A DNA stretch of 36,861 nt from a virus (Duplodnaviria; Caudoviricetes): positions 1 to 36,861 of IMG/VR virus record IMGVR_UViG_3300021133_000014, one strand, 5' to 3'. The translations under genes were made by a program, and so were the position numbers. How positions within the stretch are numbered: position 1 is the stretch's first letter; each line of letters begins with the position of its first letter. Shown piece after piece: positions 33,721-36,861 of this stretch. The notes beneath the pieces are model-generated. The model was not told the origin of the DNA and ran no database searches. It saw only the letters and a program-made list of their open reading frames with translations.

Positions 33721-34236
33721 ATGTCCAAAAATATGATTCTAGGTATCGATGCATCCACTTCAACTGTAGGATGGGCATTTTCACAAAGCGGTTCAGTCAT
33801 AGATGCCGGATTTCTTAATATTTCAAAGATTGAAACTAATAAACAAAAGGGGTTGTTTGTTATAGATTTTCTTTCTAAACACACATTGATAGAATCAGTC
33901 GACCACGCAAATCTAGAAGCCGCATTATCCGGCTTCGGTGGAGGATTGACCTCTCAGCAGACTATCATAACCCTATCAAGATGGAATGCTGTGTTTGAAT
34001 ATATGATGGGTGAGAGTTTTAAATTTCCATTAATTTTATGTAATGTTAATACTATGAGAAAAAAGGTATTCGGCAAAGCCAGAATCAAGGGCATAAAACC
34101 AAAAGAGTATGTTAAACAACAAATTCCATTGGTGGCATCAAACATAACAAAATTTGAAAAATTAAACCGTGACGGTAATTGGGATGCTCATAACAGCGAT
34201 ATGTACGACGCTTGTGTTTGTGCGCTTTTTGGGTGA
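33721..34236 (+). CDS. ruvC: RuvC-like Holliday junction resolvase
   Basis: ILGIDASTSTVGW, NLEAAL, DMYDA: RNase H-fold acidic residues. Confidence 0.8.
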   Translation: MSKNMILGIDASTSTVGWAFSQSGSVIDAGFLNISKIETNKQKGLFVIDFLSKHTLIESVDHANLEAALSGFGGGLTSQQTIITLSRWNAVFEYMMGESFKFPLILCNVNTMRKKVFGKARIKGIKPKEYVKQQIPLVASNITKFEKLNRDGNWDAHNSDMYDACVCALFG

Positions 34237-34252
34237 TTCCTGTTATAATAAA

Positions 34253-34281
34253 TTGACTCGGTTGTGTTTATGGATTAGTAT
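34253..34281 (+). promoter_or_regulatory. sigma70-like promoter TTGACT-N17-TAGTAT
   Basis: Ends 8 nt upstream of the primase ATG. Confidence 0.55.
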
Positions 34282-34289
34282 TTGCCAAA

Positions 34290-35216
34290 ATGCTAAAAGA
34301 GTCACAATTATTCTCTCTTCTTGATAAAGTCTTAAATCAGACCTCATATATCCGAAAAGGAGAAGAGGCGGTTTATCAATGTCCATTTTGTTCACATCAT
34401 AAAAAGAAATTAGAAGTAAATATTAGAACCCAAGAGTGGCATTGTTGGATTTGTAATTCCGCCGGTAAATCAATTCGTTCTCTTTTTTATAAATTAAAAG
34501 CTAAAGATTGTCATTTTGAAGAATTATATAAAATTGTAGGTCAACACTGGTCCAAACCAGAAAACGATGTCAGACCGGTAAATCTATGTTTTCCTGATGA
34601 ATTTATACCACTATGGACGCCTACGTCGTCGTTTGGCTATGGTCATGCTATGTCATATCTGGAAGACCGTAATGTAACTATGGATGATATCATTCGATAT
34701 AATATCGGGTATTGTGACAACGGCATATACGAGAATCGAGTAATGATTCCATCATTTGATAAGAACGGTGACATAAATTTCTTTGCCGCTAGAGCATATG
34801 ATTCAAGTTATCAGAAATACATGTTGCCGCCGTGGTCTAAGGATATAATAGGATTTGAATTATTTTTGAATTGGGATGAACCGATAACATTAGTAGAAGG
34901 ACCGTTTGATGCAATAGCAGTGAAAAACAACGTGATACCTTTATTTGGAACTGTTATGCCATTCGCACTAAAATTGGCTATAGTTTTAAACAAAGTAAAA
35001 CGAGTGAACATCGTTTTGGATAACGATGCGTTAAAACAATCCATCGACATATTCGACCGAATTGAAGATTTACAAGTAAATAAAATCGACATTCATTTAA
35101 TAGAATTAGGAAAAAAAGACCCATCAGTATTAGGGTTTGAAGCTATTAATGAATTAATTTATAATTCAAGTCCGTTTGACTTTTGTGATATAATAAAAGC
35201 CAGACTTAACATGTAA
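34290..35216 (+). CDS. DNA primase (zinc finger plus TOPRIM)
   Basis: CPFC...WHCWIC; RVMIPS; LVEGPFDAI; LDND; KDPS. Confidence 0.9.
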   Translation: MLKESQLFSLLDKVLNQTSYIRKGEEAVYQCPFCSHHKKKLEVNIRTQEWHCWICNSAGKSIRSLFYKLKAKDCHFEELYKIVGQHWSKPENDVRPVNLCFPDEFIPLWTPTSSFGYGHAMSYLEDRNVTMDDIIRYNIGYCDNGIYENRVMIPSFDKNGDINFFAARAYDSSYQKYMLPPWSKDIIGFELFLNWDEPITLVEGPFDAIAVKNNVIPLFGTVMPFALKLAIVLNKVKRVNIVLDNDALKQSIDIFDRIEDLQVNKIDIHLIELGKKDPSVLGFEAINELIYNSSPFDFCDIIKARLNM

Positions 35217-35229
35217 CCTATCATAATTT

Positions 35230-36861
35230 ATGGCAATAACTCAGCTTCAATCCAATCTAAAATTTAGTCACATAATTCACGTTGCAGATATTCACATTCG
35301 ATTAACTCGCCGCCACGATGAATATAAGACGGTATTCCACAAATTTTTTGAGGACGTTTACAATTCACCAAAAACCACGGCAATTTTCATTCTAGGAGAT
35401 GTTGTAAATAGTAAATTGGATTTGAGTCCTGAATGTGTTGATTTGGCCGCTGAGTTTTTGAGAGAGGCAGCTAATCTTAGACCTACCATTTTAATCGCCG
35501 GCAACCATGATACGAATTTAACCAATAGACATAGAATGGATAGTTTGAGTCCTATAGTAACCGCTTTGAACCATCCAAATTTATTTTATCTTAAAACGTC
35601 CGGATTATTTAGTATTGGTAATATTTGTATAAATAATTATAGTGTGTTCGATTCTACAGACAAATATTTAAAGGGCATTGATATTCCTGAGATATATAGA
35701 AATAAATATGAATACTTTATTGCCACATATCACGGTCAAGTAGATGGTACGGTCACTGACCTCGGATTTAAACTCATAAATCCTCTCGTAAAGGTTAATA
35801 TGTTCGATAATCATGATATGGCCTTATTGGGAGATATTCATAAAATCCAAGATTTACAATCATGTGATGAACAATTGGGAAATCCTATCATCCATTACTG
35901 CGGTTCGATGATTCAACAAAAACACGATGAGCCGTTGAATGGTCACGGTTACTCATTTTGGAACCTATCAAGAAAAGAATGTTCTCATATAGAAATACCG
36001 AATGATTATGGATTTTTTAGTGTATTAGTTAAACATGGGAAAATACTCACCAACACCACAAACATTCCAAAGAAGGCTAGAATTCGTATTCAACATGATG
36101 ATTGTACACCATCCGAAATAAAGGCGGCAGTTGTTTATGTAAAAGGATTAACCGACGTCGTTGAAGTATCTTATCAAAAATTGGATACTACAAAGTCTCT
36201 TACGAGGATACCATCAGCTAACGGAAATATCGTTTTAGGTGACATTAATGATAAGGATTATCAGACCACACTCATTACAGATTACTTGAAAACGAAGTTA
36301 AACGTGATTGACCAAACCACAATCGATGGAGTGATTAAGATAAATAATGATGTAAATAACGTGGTCAAAAAGGATGAATTCGCAAGGAACATTCGTTGGA
36401 TTCCTATCAAATTTGAGTGGGAAAATATGTTTTCTTATGCTGAAGGGAATGTTATAGACTTCACAAAAACGAAGGATTTGGTTGGTTTATTTGCGTCTAA
36501 TACCTCCGGAAAATCAAGTATTTTCTCCGCTTTAACGTTCTGTTTGTTCGACAAATGTGAACGTGCGTCCAGCGCTAAAAACATAATGAACGACAAAAAA
36601 GCGACGTTTAGTTGTAAATTTGAGTTCGAATTGGACGGTAAAAGATACTTCATAAAACGTGATGCTAAGACCGATAAGAAGGGTAAAGCTAAGGTCGATG
36701 TCAAGTTTTGGAAGATTGAAAACGGAGAAGAAATTGACCTAAATGGCGAACAAAGACGCAATACAAATGAGGTAATTAGGGAGTATTTAGGGTCATATGA
36801 TGATTTCGTATTGACCTCTTTAAGCGTTCAAAATGGTAAAAACAATGCATCAATCATCGAT
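35230..36861 (+). CDS. fused SbcD/Mre11 nuclease and SbcC/Rad50 ATPase (partial, runs off the window)
   Basis: Hand translation without a stop: ADIH, LGD, GNHD, YHG, LGDIH, YCGS, then FEWENMFSY and Walker A FASNTSGKSS near 36490; absent from the ORF track because it has no stop in the window. Confidence 0.9.
   Translation, partial: MAITQLQSNLKFSHIIHVADIHIRLTRRHDEYKTVFHKFFEDVYNSPKTTAIFILGDVVNSKLDLSPECVDLAAEFLREAANLRPTILIAGNHDTNLTNRHRMDSLSPIVTALNHPNLFYLKTSGLFSIGNICINNYSVFDSTDKYLKGIDIPEIYRNKYEYFIATYHGQVDGTVTDLGFKLINPLVKVNMFDNHDMALLGDIHKIQDLQSCDEQLGNPIIHYCGSMIQQKHDEPLNGHGYSFWNLSRKECSHIEIPNDYGFFSVLVKHGKILTNTTNIPKKARIRIQHDDCTPSEIKAAVVYVKGLTDVVEVSYQKLDTTKSLTRIPSANGNIVLGDINDKDYQTTLITDYLKTKLNVIDQTTIDGVIKINNDVNNVVKKDEFARNIRWIPIKFEWENMFSYAEGNVIDFTKTKDLVGLFASNTSGKSSIFSALTFCLFDKCERASSAKNIMNDKKATFSCKFEFELDGKRYFIKRDAKTDKKGKAKVDVKFWKIENGEEIDLNGEQRRNTNEVIREYLGSYDDFVLTSLSVQNGKNNASIID

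Noticed and set aside
8838-36761. Numerous short minus-strand or alternate-frame ORFs (e.g. 9126..9446, 13634..13876, 14463..14738, 19225..19458, 31739..32056, 36435..36761)
   Set aside because: Shadow ORFs of well-supported plus-strand genes, with no motifs or expression signals.

Overview
AT-rich window from a large, probably jumbo, contractile-tailed phage genome, read in the standard genetic code. Bases 1-7.3 kb hold an array of 17 tRNA genes interleaved with three HNH endonucleases, two paralogous 2H-phosphoesterases, a SLOG-like protein and several small ORFs. The main finding lies inside this array at 5648-6045: a ~400-nt RNA with its own sigma70-type promoter and the catalytic-core signature of bacterial RNase P RNA. 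P1, P2, P3, the P4 pseudoknot (with compensatory substitutions), P5, P15 with its GGU, and a GNRA-capped P18 are all present. It appears to be a divergent phage-encoded rnpB whose P3 carries a circularly permuted tRNA-elbow-like module. Other unexplained structured RNAs lie nearby. Downstream come a frameshifted prephenate dehydrogenase (tyrA-like), an HD nuclease, PhoH, Ser/Thr-rich fibre-like proteins and a gp55-like sigma factor. A baseplate/tail module follows (spike, gp25-like, gp6-like, large virion proteins), then RuvC, DNA primase and a fused SbcD-SbcC (Mre11-Rad50) gene that runs off the right end. All calls come from reading motifs and base-pairing by eye; no searches were run.
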